Part shown: piece after piece, positions 1 to 10,085 of the stretch | Layout: every line of letters starts with the position of its first letter | How positions within the stretch are numbered: the stretch's first letter is position 1 | Source of the DNA: Octopus sinensis | Taxonomy: Eukaryota | NCBI RefSeq assembly: GCF_006345805.1 | Contig: NW_021836614.1 | Coordinates: forward strand, 1-23,655 | Length of the DNA stretch: 23,655 bases | Direction of reading: 5' to 3' | Notes under the pieces: model-generated | The model's database searches: none | Told to the model about the DNA's origin: nothing | The model's input: only the letters and a program-made list of their open reading frames with translations | Made by a program: the position numbers and the translations under genes

Positions 1-17
1 ATTTTACCCTCAATTGT

Positions 18-19
<2 letters not shown>

Positions 20-52
<33 letters not shown>
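20..52. repeat. (TA)n microsatellite, left flank of RTE copy 1
   Basis: Pure TA dinucleotide run. Confidence 0.98.
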
Positions 53-53
<1 letters not shown>

Positions 54-3000
54 GATCTTCTCAGTATTGAAGATACAAGGAAAACGGCCATCATTGACCG
101 TGAACTAAAGAGGCTCAACATAGATATTGCTGGGCTGCAGGAGACAAGACTTCCTCAAACGGCAGACTCAAAGAGCAGGACTTCACCTTCTTTTGGCAGG
201 GAAGAGATCCAGAAGAACCTCGTCAACATGGCGTTGGCTTTGCAGTGAGAAACTCACTACTCTCCTGAATAGAATCACCATCGGGAGGCACTGAGCGTAT
301 CCTCTCACTGCGCCTCTCGACTTCTTCTGGCTCAGTACATATACTCAGCATCTATGCTCCCACTCTCTACAGCTCAGAGGAGACCAAGGACCAGTTCTAC
401 AAAGATCTCAACTGTGTCCTAGAAAATATACCAACGACTGAAAATATCTACCTTCTAGGGGATTTTAACGCTCGCGTGGGATCTGACCATGATTCGTGGC
501 CCATTTGTGTTGGACACTTTGGTATTGGCAACATGAATGACAATGGTCAGAGACTACTCGAATTCTGCACATACCACAACCTGTGCATCACAAACACATT
601 CTTTACCAGCAAGCCATCCCACAAGGCATCCTGGAGACATCCAAGATCTCACCACTGGCATCAGCTGGATCTCATTATTACACGGAGATCCTTTCTGAGT
701 TCCACTCTATTGACCCGCAGTTACCACAGTGCGGATTGTGACACAGACCACTCACTAATTAGAAGCAGGGTGAGGATTCTCCCTAAAAAAGTCCATCGCT
801 CCAAGAAAGTGGGCCGACCACGCATCAACACCGCCAGAACCTCGGACCCTACACTGCGAAAATGTTTTGCTGCTTCTATCACGGTTGCCCTCAGTAGCTG
901 CCCAACCTCCTCTGCTGAAAGTAGGTGGGACTATATCAGGGAAGCCTTGTATACGACATCATTGGATACTTTCGGCATGAGAGAAAGGCAAAACCCAGAT
1001 TGGTTCAATGCTGGGCTCTCAGAGCTGGAGCCAGTTATCGAAGCAAAGCGTGCAGCTCTGGTGCAATACAAGAGTGACTCTTCTACAAAGTCACTCGAGG
1101 AACTCAGAAAGGCACGAAATAAAACCCAACTGACAGCCAGATGCTGTGCAAATAGGTATTGGCAGGAAATCTGTCAGAGTATCCAGTCAGCTGCTGACAG
1201 GGGCGACACCCGTGGGATGTATGCTGGTTTGAAGAAGGCCCTCGGTCGATCCGCAACCAAGTCAGCCCCTCTGAAATCAACTACTGGAGATCTCATCAGG
1301 GATCAAGGCAAGCAAATGGATAGATGGGTGGAGCACTACCAGGATCTCTACTCACGGGAGACTACAGTGGCTGAGGCTGCAGTCGAGAGTGTCAAGATCT
1401 TGCCAGTCATGTGCGAACTTGACAGTCCGCCATCTATAGCAGAGCTCACCAAGGCTGTTGACTCCCTAGCAAGAAATAAGGCTCCGGGAAAAGACGGCAT
1501 CCCCTCAGAGATCATCAAAGCCGGCAAAAACACCATCCTGCTTCGGCACCTTCATGAGCTTCTGTGTCAGTGCTGGGAAGAGGGTACAGTCCCTCAGGAT
1601 ATGCGGGATGCCAACATCATTACGCTCTACAAAAACAAAGGTGACCGTGGTGATTGTAACAATTACCGTGGTATATCCCTTCTAAGCACTGTTGGAAAGA
1701 CCTTTGCCCGCGTTATCCTGGCCAGGCTACAACTACTTGCTTCTCGAATCTATCCGGAATCGCAGTGTGACTTTAGAAGAAGCAGATCAACTATCGATAT
1801 GATATTCTCCATACGCCAACTTCAGGAGAAGTCCAGAGAGCAGAAAATGCCATTATATATGGCCTTCATTGATCTAACAAAGGCTTTTGACTCGGTAAGC
1901 AGAACAGGCCTCTTCCTCCTGCTCCAAAAAATCGGATGTCCACCAAAGCTGCTGAGGATCATCAAGTCTTTCCATGATGACATGCAAGGCACCATACAGC
2001 ACAACGGTTCAACATCAGCCGCCTTCCAAATAAAAAACGGGGTATGGCAAGGCTGTGTCCTCGCTCCTACATTGTTTGGCATCTTCTTCTCACTCTTGCT
2101 GTCACATGCCTTTCAGACATCAGATGATGGAGTGTTTCTGCACAGTAGAAGTGACGGGAAACTGTTCAATCGCGCCTGCGTGCCAAGACCAAAATCAGAA
2201 ACGTCCTGATCAAGGAGATGTTATTTGCTGATGATGCCGCTCTGGTAACACACACAGAAGAAGCCCTCCAAAGGCTCATTAACTGTTTTGAGCAAGCATG
2301 TAACGACTTTGGCTTAGCTATCAGCCTTAAGAAGACCAACATCATGGGCCAGGCTACATCGGACATCCCAAACATACATATTGGAGACCACAGATTACAA
2401 GAGGTGGAGAAGTTTACCTATCTGGGCTCTACCGTCACCTACAACCTATCCCTTGACGCTGAGCTCAATATACGCATTGGCAAGGCAGCTGCTGCGATGG
2501 CCCAACTCTCCAAACGGGCTTGGGACAACAATAAGCTGACCAACAATAAGCTGACCAAGACCACAAAAATGAAGATCTACCAGGCATGTGTACTCAGCAC
2601 TCTACTGTATGGAAGCGAGACCTGGACGCTATACACACGCCAAGAGCGTCGCCTAAACATCTTTCACCTGCGCTGCCTCCGAAAAATCCTCCACATCAAA
2701 TGGCAGAATCATATCCCCAACAAAGATGTCCTCAGGCAAGCAGGAATACCAAGCATGTTTGCACTCCTCACACAAAGACGTATGAGATGGCTTGGGCATG
2801 TTAGCCGTATGAAAGATGGCAGAATCCCCAAGGACATACTCTACGGAGAGCTTGCTAGGGGTACTAGGTCTGTGGGTAGACCGATCTTACGTTACAAGGA
2901 TGTTTGCAAAAGGGATATGAAGGCCTGCAACATCAACATTAGCGGTTGGGAGGCAGTCGCCAGCAACCGTGGAGAATGGCGACGTACAGTAAAAGAGGGT

Positions 3001-3180
3001 ATACAGAGGAGTGACAGAAAGAGAGAGGAGAAATGGAAAGAAAGGAAGAGACATAAACAAGAGACCATGGCACTACAACCAGCCAGGAACAGTCTTCGCT
3101 ACATTTGCAGTACCTGCCAGAGGGAGTGTTTGTCCAGGATAGGACTACACAGCCACAGCAAGAAATGTAACAGGAAATAA
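53..3180 (+). pseudogene. Disrupted RTE ORF: apurinic-like endonuclease, reverse transcriptase and C-terminal C-x2-C-x12-H-x3-C finger
   Basis: APE motifs GLQETR, SIYAPT, LGDFNARVG, NDNGQRLL, LDLII, TDHSL. RT motifs NYRGISLLS, FIDLTKAFDSV, QGCVLAPTLF, LFADD, FTYLGS. Terminal CSTCQRECLSRIGLHSHSKKC. Lesions: frameshift near 155, TGA near 266, a 4-nt deletion near 2170 (copy 2 has AATCTCTCGCG) that splits ORFs 476-2209 and 2218-3180, and a 15-nt NNKLT duplication near 2527-2556. Confidence 0.92.
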
Positions 3181-3264
3181 AATATAACAGCCGGACTAGA
3201 CCTAGAAAAAAAAAAAAAAAAAAATGCGCAACTCCATTGTCTCCCGAGACAGAAAGGATGCCAA

Positions 3265-3273
<9 letters not shown>
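53..3273 (+). mobile_element. RTE-clade (Bov-B-like) non-LTR retrotransposon, copy 1; 5'-truncated near the start of the APE domain, 3' end intact
   Basis: Single APE-RT reading frame. The 3' UTR ends ...CCATTGTCTCCCGAGACAGAAAGGATGCC + A11, with a small stem-loop TGTCTC-CC-GAGACA at 3238-3251. (TA)n lies on both sides. Confidence 0.95.
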
Positions 3274-3320
<47 letters not shown>

Positions 3321-3334
3321 TGAGAGAGAGAGAG

Positions 3335-3385
<51 letters not shown>

Positions 3386-3390
3386 GAGAG
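3274..3390. repeat. Compound (TA)n-(GA)n microsatellite between the RTE tail and the Penelope-like element
   Basis: Direct reading. Confidence 0.97.
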
Positions 3391-3510
3391 AGAAAATAGT
3401 AAAAAGTGAAAAGACTACAGAAGGCTTAAAGGTTAAAAAATATATATATTTGCGTCAATATGTTTGAAGAATATTAAAAAAATTTTTGGGTTTACAATGA
3501 CATAGTTTAG

Positions 3511-3549
3511 AAGAAAGACCGGTTTCGCGTTTAGCTTTTCAAATTTCTT
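3511..3549 (-). ncRNA. Minimal type I hammerhead-like ribozyme in the PLE 3' region, U3-A8 core variant
   Basis: Minus strand reads AAGAAA-U-UUGAAAA-GC-UAAAC-GC-GAAAC-CG-GUC^-UUUCUU: 6-bp helix I, 2-bp helix II, palindromic ACCGGU helix III and a GUC triplet. Confidence 0.65.
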
Positions 3550-3658
3550 ACGACGTTATGTTTTTGTTGAATAGAGTTATCGTTATGTTTATGTTTAAAA
3601 GAGTTCTAAATAAGGGGAGGTAATGAGTGATTTCTTCCGGTGTAAGGGAGATAATCGC

Positions 3659-5156
3659 TTAAAATCTTTTTCCTTTCCCTTGATGTGAATTTCTCTGTAT
3701 CAGTATGTTGGCATGGTTAAGTCTGGGCTTGTACTTTTCAATGAAGAATGTTTCCTTGTTTAGTCTAATTTGTGTTAATGATCCGATAGCACATTGGTAA
3801 AATGGAAAGATAAAAAATTGTGGTAGTAGTTGCTTTGCGCATTTCTCAATGTGCTCACTAAAAGGTATCATTCTGTATTCTGGGAATACAATCTGTTGTC
3901 GATGCAGTGTGCATCTACGTCTGAATGATAGTCCCGTGGATCCCACGTAGTCTTGGTGGAAGCGCGAGCATTTTATGACATAAATTATGTTTTCAGAGGC
4001 ACAAGTAAAGTTAGATTTGATCTTGAATTTCTGTCCCTCTTTAAAGAGGAATTCTGATCCTTCCAGCAGGTTTGGACATGTTGCACAGTTCGATCTACCA
4101 CATTTTTTTACATTTGCATCCGTAATTTCAGAAAACAATTTTGCCTTTGTGACAATCTTTTTAAGTGATTTAGGTTGTTTGTAGCTTTTAATGATTTGGT
4201 GTATGTTTAGAATTTCCTTTAATTTGGGGTCCTTATGAAGTATTGGTAAATTCTGGGTGATGATGGTGAAGGCTTCTTTGTTTCTGGGGTTGTATGTAGA
4301 TATGTAAGGTAGTATTTTCGGGGAAGGTGTGTTGTTGTGTTGAACTTTTCTTAAAGTTTCTATGTTGATTTCTGTTGCACGTCTGATCCCATCCTCTATG
4401 AGTTGAGCTGGGTAATGTCTGTCAATTAGGGTGTTTTTGAGTTCTTGCAGTCTAAAGTTCCTGGTATTTTGTTCTGACACTATTGTGCATATCCTTCTTG
4501 CAAGGTTGAAGGGATGTTTGTTTTAGTGTGTCTTGGGTGGCATGAATTAAAAAGAAGGTATTGTTTGGCGTCTGTGGCTTTGTAAAAAATGTCTGTTTCT
4601 ATTTTAAGGTTAATTTTTTTAATTAGTATATCCAAGAACGGGAGTTCCTTTTGGTTGTATTCCATTGTGAACTGTATATTTGGGTTTATGCTGTTCAATA
4701 GGTTTTTAAATTTTAGGAGTTTATCTGTGTTTTCATTCCAGAGTATAAAACAATCGTCTGAGAATCGTTTCCAATTCTCTTTTATGTATTGAGAAAGGGG
4801 GTTTCCAAAGATTGATAAAGATTCCTGGTAAATGATTATTTCCATGTAGCCCATTGTTAGGTTCGCAATGACTGGTTTGCCCTTGTACCCATAGCAATTC
4901 CAGATTTTTGACGGTAAAATATATTGTCAAACATGAAGTGGTTATTATGTAGGATGAATTCAATTGATTTAATAATGAATTCTTTACTGATCCTTTTTGG
5001 TATTTCTTCCGGAAATTGGTCCAGCCAGAACTGTATTGCCTCTAGTCCATAATTATGAGGTATACTGGTATATAAGTTAACTACATCAAATGAAACCAGG
5101 ATTGTTTCTTCCTTGGCTTTTTTTGGAAGGTGGTTTAACATATCTAAGTCATCTCA
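3659..5156 (-). pseudogene. PLE ORF remnant (RT + GIY-YIG endonuclease) with two frameshifts
   Basis: ORFs 4857-5141 (SFDVVNLYTSIP, GIAMGT), 4480-4854 (RFSDDCFILW, LPFLDI, FYKATD, HPRHTK) and 3659-4480 (NIIYVIKC..YVG, R..LH, ETFFI..LN) are consecutive pieces of one PLE protein. Confidence 0.9.
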
Positions 5157-5304
5157 TGAGATGACTTTGGAAACCCCCTTTCTCAAAACGATTCTTAGAC
5201 GATTGTTTTATACTCTAGAATGATAACACAGATAAACTCCTAAAATTTAAAAACCTATTGAACAGCATAAACCCACATATACAGTTCACAATGGAATACA
5301 ACCC
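5146..5304 (+). repeat. 22-bp perfect palindrome (5146-5167) followed by an inverted copy of the RT core (reverse complement of about 4653-4810, with a ~19-nt deletion)
   Basis: AAGTCATCTCATGAGATGACTT is self-complementary. 5165-5304 aligns to the minus strand of 4810->4653. Confidence 0.93.
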
Positions 5305-5401
5305 AAAAAAAATTTTAATATTCTTCAGACATATTGACGCAAATATATATATTTTTTAACCTTTAAGCCTTCTGTAGTTTTTTCACTTATTACTATTTTC
5401 T
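5301..5401 (+). repeat. Right terminal inverted repeat of the PLE (partner 3391-3491)
   Basis: Reverse-complement match to 3391-3491, ending ...TACTATTTTCT versus AGAAAATAGTA... Confidence 0.93.
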
Positions 5402-5440
5402 ATATATTCAACCATGGGCTTTCACTAACAAACTTTCTTA

Positions 5441-5442
<2 letters not shown>

Positions 5443-5512
<70 letters not shown>
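5443..5512. repeat. (TA)n-(CA)n microsatellite
   Basis: Direct reading. Confidence 0.97.
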
Positions 5513-5515
<3 letters not shown>

Positions 5516-6840
5516 GAACACATGACCACGAACACATGACCACGACCCATAGATCCGCCTACTACCAGAACACATGACCACGACCCATAGAACCGCCTAC
5601 TACCAGAACACATGACAACGACCCATAGATCCGCCTACTACCAGAACACATGACCACGACTCATAGATCCGCCCACTCCCAGAACACATGACAACGATTC
5701 ATAGATCCGCCTACTACCAGAACACATGACCACGACTCATAGATCCGCCCACTCCCAGAACACATGACAACGACCCATTGATCCGCCTACTACCAGAACA
5801 CATGACCACGACTCATAGATCCGCCCACTCCCAGAACACATGACCACGACCCATAGATCCGCCTACTACCAGAACACATGACCACGACTCATAGATCCGC
5901 CCACTCCAGAACACATGACAACGACCATAGATCCGCCTACTACCAGAACACATGACCACGACTCATAGATCCGCCCACTCCCAGAACACATGACAACGAC
6001 CCATAGATCCGCCTACTACCAGAACACATGACCACGACTCATAGATCCGCCCACTCCCAGAACACATGACAACGACCCATAGATCCGCCTACTACCAGAA
6101 CACATGACCACGACTCATAGATCCGCCCACTCCCAGAACACATGACAACGACCCATTGATCAGCCTACTACCAGAACACATGACCACGACTCATAGATCC
6201 GCCCACTCCCAGAACACATGACAACGACCCATAGATCCGCCTACTACCAGAACACATGACCACGACTCATAGATCCGCCCACTCCCAGAACACATGAAAC
6301 GACCCATAGATCCGCCTACTACCAGAACACATGACACGACTCATAGATCCGCCCACTCACAGAACACATGACAACGACCCATTGATCAGCCTACTACCAG
6401 AACACATGACCACGACTCATAGATCCGCCCACTCCCAGAACACATGACAACGACCCATAGATCCGCCTACTACCAGAACACATGACCACGACTCATAGAT
6501 CCGCCCACTCCAGAACACATGACAACGGACCCATAGATCCGCCTACTACCAGAACACATGACCACGACTCATAGATCCGCCCACTCCCAGAACACATGAC
6601 AACGACCCATTGATCAGCCTACTACCAGAACCATGACCACGATCATAGATCCGCCCACTCCCAGAACACATGACAACGACCAATTGATCAGCCTACTACC
6701 AGACCACACATGACCACGACTCATAGATCCGCCCACTCCCAGAACACATGACAACGACCCATAGATCCGCCTACTACCAGAACACATGACCACGACTCAT
6801 AGATCCGCCCACTCCCAGAACACATGACAATGACCCATAG
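5513..6840. repeat. 38-bp minisatellite, about 35 units, with A/B alternation giving a 76-bp higher-order repeat
   Basis: A = CCAGAACACATGACCACGACTCATAGATCCGCCCACTC; B = CCAGAACACATGACAACGACCCATAGATCCGCCTACTA. Units are contiguous with no unique spacers. Confidence 0.97.
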
Positions 6841-6958
6841 GCTGAGGTCAAAATGCCTCCAAGAGATTGATTTTATCAGATTTATCAAAATTTATCTCAG
6901 ACATAAAGAAATTAAAACATATTTCACAGTCACACACGTCTCTTGTTTCTTTTGAGGT

Positions 6959-7083
6959 TCAGTGCATAGCAACACAAACCAACTCTTCATAATCACACGC
7001 CAGAGAGCAGGGAAAACAGTTATCAGCACCGTTTCTCCGTAAATTTCCCGAAGAAGGATTCCTTGCTCCGAAATACTGAAACA
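6959..7083 (-). CDS. Putative last coding exon: (L)FQYFGARNPSSGNLRRNGADNCFPCSLACDYEELVCVAMH*
   Basis: Acceptor TTTATACTCTTCTCTAG; phase-1 entry matches the upstream donor; open to TGA at 6961-6959. Confidence 0.55.
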
Positions 7084-7324
7084 CTAGAGAAGAGTATAAA
7101 CCAATGACTTGTATTATTAATATTTTGTTACAACTTGCATTGTTTTGGCTTTAAAGAAAAACTATTTAAAAGATTTATATGTATGAGACAATGCTTCTTG
7201 AAAACCACAGCTGTGCGCGCATGCACACACATATGCACACACACACTCACACTTGCATGCGCGTACGCCAACACAGAGATATACAATAAATTACACTGAA
7301 ATCAAGAGGCGACGTTTTACTTAC

Positions 7325-7434
7325 AACCGGACGACGATTTTTCAGAAATATCGTAGGTTTCATTATTTCCACCTTTTCCTTTGGCTTCATACTTCCAGCC
7401 ATCATACTCGATGGTAAACTCCGGGTAATTGAAA
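7325..7434 (-). CDS. Putative internal exon: FNYPEFTIEYDGWKYEAKGKGGNNETYDISEKSSSG
   Basis: Acceptor ATATTAG; consensus donor T|GTAAGT; open frame, phase 2 in and phase 1 out. Confidence 0.6.
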
Positions 7435-7592
7435 CTAATATATTACAATTGATAAATTGTTTTTCTTATATTTTTGTTATTTTCTATGTTTTCATGCTTT
7501 TTTTTAATGTAATCCCACACAAAATCGATTGTACCCTCATCGATCTTTTTGTCAAACCTTAAGGTTCATAACGAAAACATTATCATTATTAT

Positions 7593-7827
7593 AAGGCGGC
7601 GAGTTGGCAGAGTCTTTAGCATGCCGGATAAAATGCTTAGCAGTATTTTTGTCCGTCTATACATCTTGAGTTCAAATTCCGTCGAGGTCAACTTTGCCTA
7701 TCACCCTTTCGGGAGTCGTTGGAATAATTACCACTTTGACACTGGTACCGATGCAATTGACAACCACCCCCTGCGCCCCCACCAAACTGTCAGACTTTCA
7801 GCCTATAGTGGAAAGGATTATTATTAT
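7593..7827 (+). mobile_element. tRNA-derived SINE in an intron
   Basis: Head AAGGCGGCGAGTTGGCAGAG (A-box-like), B-box-like GAGTTCAAATTCC, (ATT)n tail, inserted into (ATT)-rich sequence. It resembles an abundant octopus SINE (from memory). Confidence 0.85.
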
Positions 7828-7969
7828 GGAATTATAATATTATACAACAATGAGACATAAAGTATATCTGTGAACTTTCCTCTTATAAATACACCGCGAA
7901 TGTGTTCAAAAGAACAAATATTAAGTAATTGAAGAAGATGTTAATTATGAGTAAGGAGATGATATATAC

Positions 7970-8119
7970 TTCGCATTGAAAGTCACAGTTTGTGGGACCC
8001 AAATGTCAGTCGGATCCACACTGAGTTTTTCTTTCTGGAACCATGATGTAGAATTCGTCCCTGTTCCACGGAAAATGAATACTGTATCATCATATTTGGT
8101 TTTTCAACCGAAATTCCAC
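7970..8119 (-). CDS. Putative internal exon: ...KYDDTVFIFRGTGTNSTSWFQKEKLSVDPTDIWVPQTVTFNA, with a lesion near its 5' end
   Basis: Strong acceptor TTTACTTTCTATTTGCAG; donor AA|GTATAT. Read in phase 2 it has an in-frame TGA (WNFG*KTK). Read in phase 0 it needs one fewer base in the T5 run at 8100-8104 (VEFRLKTKY). Confidence 0.55.
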
Positions 8120-8687
8120 CTGCAAATAGAAAGTAAACTCAAACAAGTGACAAATCTCAGAGAATGAGGGATGGTAGAGTTTTAGGAAGAGAACGGAGAT
8201 TAGGATGTGATATAAGGAGAGAGTAGGGGGGCGAGAATGAGATGGAGAGAATAGTGGGGGAAGAGTAAGACTTTGAGTGCAAGAGAAAAAGACTAAAGAC
8301 GACAATGAGTTGTGGAAAGAGGATAAGAGGAGGAGAGAGATAGAATGTGAGAGAGACAGAGAGACAGACAGACAGAAGGAGGGAAAATGAGAGACGAGAT
8401 GCTATGTCGCGTTAGAAGTGCAAACTTACAGAAAGAGAATTGATTGGGTTTGAGTGGAAAACGTGGCTGTCTTACGAGACAGAGAATCAGACTACTAACT
8501 AATGAGTCATGATTTCGGAGTCTTTCTAAAAGTTTTGTTGCATCTACAGGAACTAGAGAACCCTGACAAAATCAGGATAAAACAAAGACAAAACCAGCAA
8601 GAATCGATCCCACATCAAAGACATATCGATGTTCTGTGGAGGAATGAAGAGATATCAGGAACGGAAGTAAAGGAGTTGTGACATCAC

Positions 8688-8918
8688 CTCAAGAAAGGGC
8701 TTTCGATCTGCCTCTTCCTTGGTCAAGACTCTTAGGTGAAGCGGATGCCAGAGGGACAGTAGCTTCTGACCAAATGCTGGGGTAGTGTAGCCGTGTAGGT
8801 TTGTCCAACAAGTTCTTTTGACCCTGGTAGAGTGTAGCTTTTCTGAAGTTCGTCTCGAATTAAAAGCATTTTTACCGTCCCATCTACATCTTCGTGAATT
8901 TCATCCTTCCACCTCTTC
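8688..8918 (-). pseudogene. Putative exon; frame and donor uncertain
   Basis: Acceptor TTGTCTTGCATTTTAAAAG. The phase-0 frame has TGA at codon 6 and then 71 open codons to GAG|GTGATG. An alternative open frame ends at TTG|GTCAGA (8771). Confidence 0.3.
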
Positions 8919-9038
8919 CTTTTAAAATGCAAGACAAACCTTTTTCCTCGCTGACACATAATCTTCTTATAATCTCTCTCCGTCTTTCTCTACCTATTGT
9001 CTACTCAACCCTATACACCTACACTTATAACCACTCAC

Positions 9039-9236
9039 CATTCTTATTTCGTTCTTAGCAGTTAAAGCCCCTTGTTATTCCACTTCAAAATATGTATTCC
9101 TCATCGATCCAACATCTGTTGTGGTTCTATCGTTCTCCAAGCTCCCCCTTAAATCCCCTTTTCTAGTTATAACCACAACATGCATGAAAATAAGCCAGAG
9201 TATCGAAACTGGATCCTCTTTGTTACTAAAGGCAAA
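9039..9236 (-). pseudogene. Putative 198-nt exon with one in-frame TAA
   Basis: Acceptor CTATTTTGTTCTTGCAG; consensus donor ATG|GTGAGT; frame 0 reads FAFSNKEDPVSILWLIF...FEVE*QGALTAKNEIRM. Confidence 0.4.
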
Positions 9237-9685
9237 CTGCAAGAACAAAATAGACGGTGCGAAGGGCACTAAAGTCATACACCCTTATAATATCGACAGA
9301 AAAAGAGGGAAAAATCAAATGCCCCAAAATATAGCGGACTGACCAAAATGGAGTTTGTTTATTAAATGAGGAGAATTTTGAAATTTCATTACCTTTTCAA
9401 TGGGCAATTTGTCCCAGTATAAATAAATAGGACTTCTTTTGAATGAGTTTGGGGTCATCTCAAATACTTTCTGCTTCTCTGTAACTGTATCAGTAAATAG
9501 ATAGAAATCAATAATTTACATGAAAATGTACAGACAAGATGTTACCCTTAAACGGCAAGAAAGTGTTGCATGACTATGTTTAACAAACAGGCAAAAAACG
9601 AAACAAGCTCTTTTTTTAAGAATAATTTTTTATATTATTTATCTTAATTAAGTACAAAATATAATTAATTCCTGGTATCTCGTAC

Positions 9686-9891
9686 AGTAAACTTGACGAT
9701 CTCATTACTTTTGAGTGCCATAAAAGAGTCCCTTTTCTTTGCGTCCGGCATTATCATAAATTTATTTAAGATTCCCGCATAGTTGTCAAATAAATATACA
9801 AATGGACAAAAATCGATGCACTTTATCGATCCATCACTTTCTTCCGTGCTATCTAGAATATCATCATCATCATCATCATCATGTACTTCAT
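9686..9891 (-). CDS. Putative exon with a poly-Asp tract: DEVHDDDDDDDILDSTEESDGSIKCIDFCPFVYLF...EIVKFT
   Basis: Acceptor TTTCCTTCTTTATCAG; donor ACT|GTACGA; open frame (inside track ORF 9665-9916). Confidence 0.55.
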
Positions 9892-9970
9892 CTGATAAAG
9901 AAGGAAATTTCTTCATTCAAGTATAAATCTTCCGTTTGCGACCTGATTTCTGCCACCGATAAGAGCCGCT

Positions 9971-10022
9971 TATGTATGTATGTATGTATGTATGTATGTA
10001 TGTATGTATGTATGTATGTATA
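9971..10022. repeat. (TATG)n microsatellite
   Basis: Direct reading. Confidence 0.97.
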
Positions 10023-10085
10023 TAAAACATAGTGTTAATGACACTTAAATTACAAAAGCACCTAAGAAAAGTGTGATTCACATAC

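Larger units (their letters stand above)
3391..5401 (-). mobile_element. Penelope-like element (probably Neptune-type), 5'-truncated, with ~100-bp terminal inverted repeats
   Basis: RT and C-terminal GIY-YIG fragments on the minus strand. The C-x4-C-x2-C linker (CGRSNCATC) is typical of Neptune-type PLEs. 3391-3491 is the reverse complement of 5301-5401 with a few mismatches. Confidence 0.9.

Noticed and set aside
53-200. HDV-like ribozyme expected in RTE 5' UTRs
   Set aside because: Both RTE copies are truncated inside the ORF, so no 5' UTR is present.
1348-2804. Short antisense or alternative-frame ORFs in the RTE copies and the PLE (e.g. 1348-1536, 1822-2082, 2586-2804, 3987-4184, 17975-18208)
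   Set aside because: Shadow frames of the transposon ORFs, with no independent motifs.
5513-6840. CRISPR-like array next to a reverse transcriptase
   Set aside because: Units are contiguous with no unique spacers, there are no cas genes, and the context is eukaryotic. It is a minisatellite.
7549-7860. 103-aa plus-strand ORF
   Set aside because: It lies almost entirely within a SINE and starts at a non-ATG codon.
7970-9236. Rescue of the in-frame stops by cephalopod A-to-I editing or selenocysteine
   Set aside because: UGA has a disfavoured 5' G neighbour for ADAR, UAA needs two edits to give Trp, several lesions would all need rescue, and no SECIS was identified. Pseudogenisation or assembly error is simpler.
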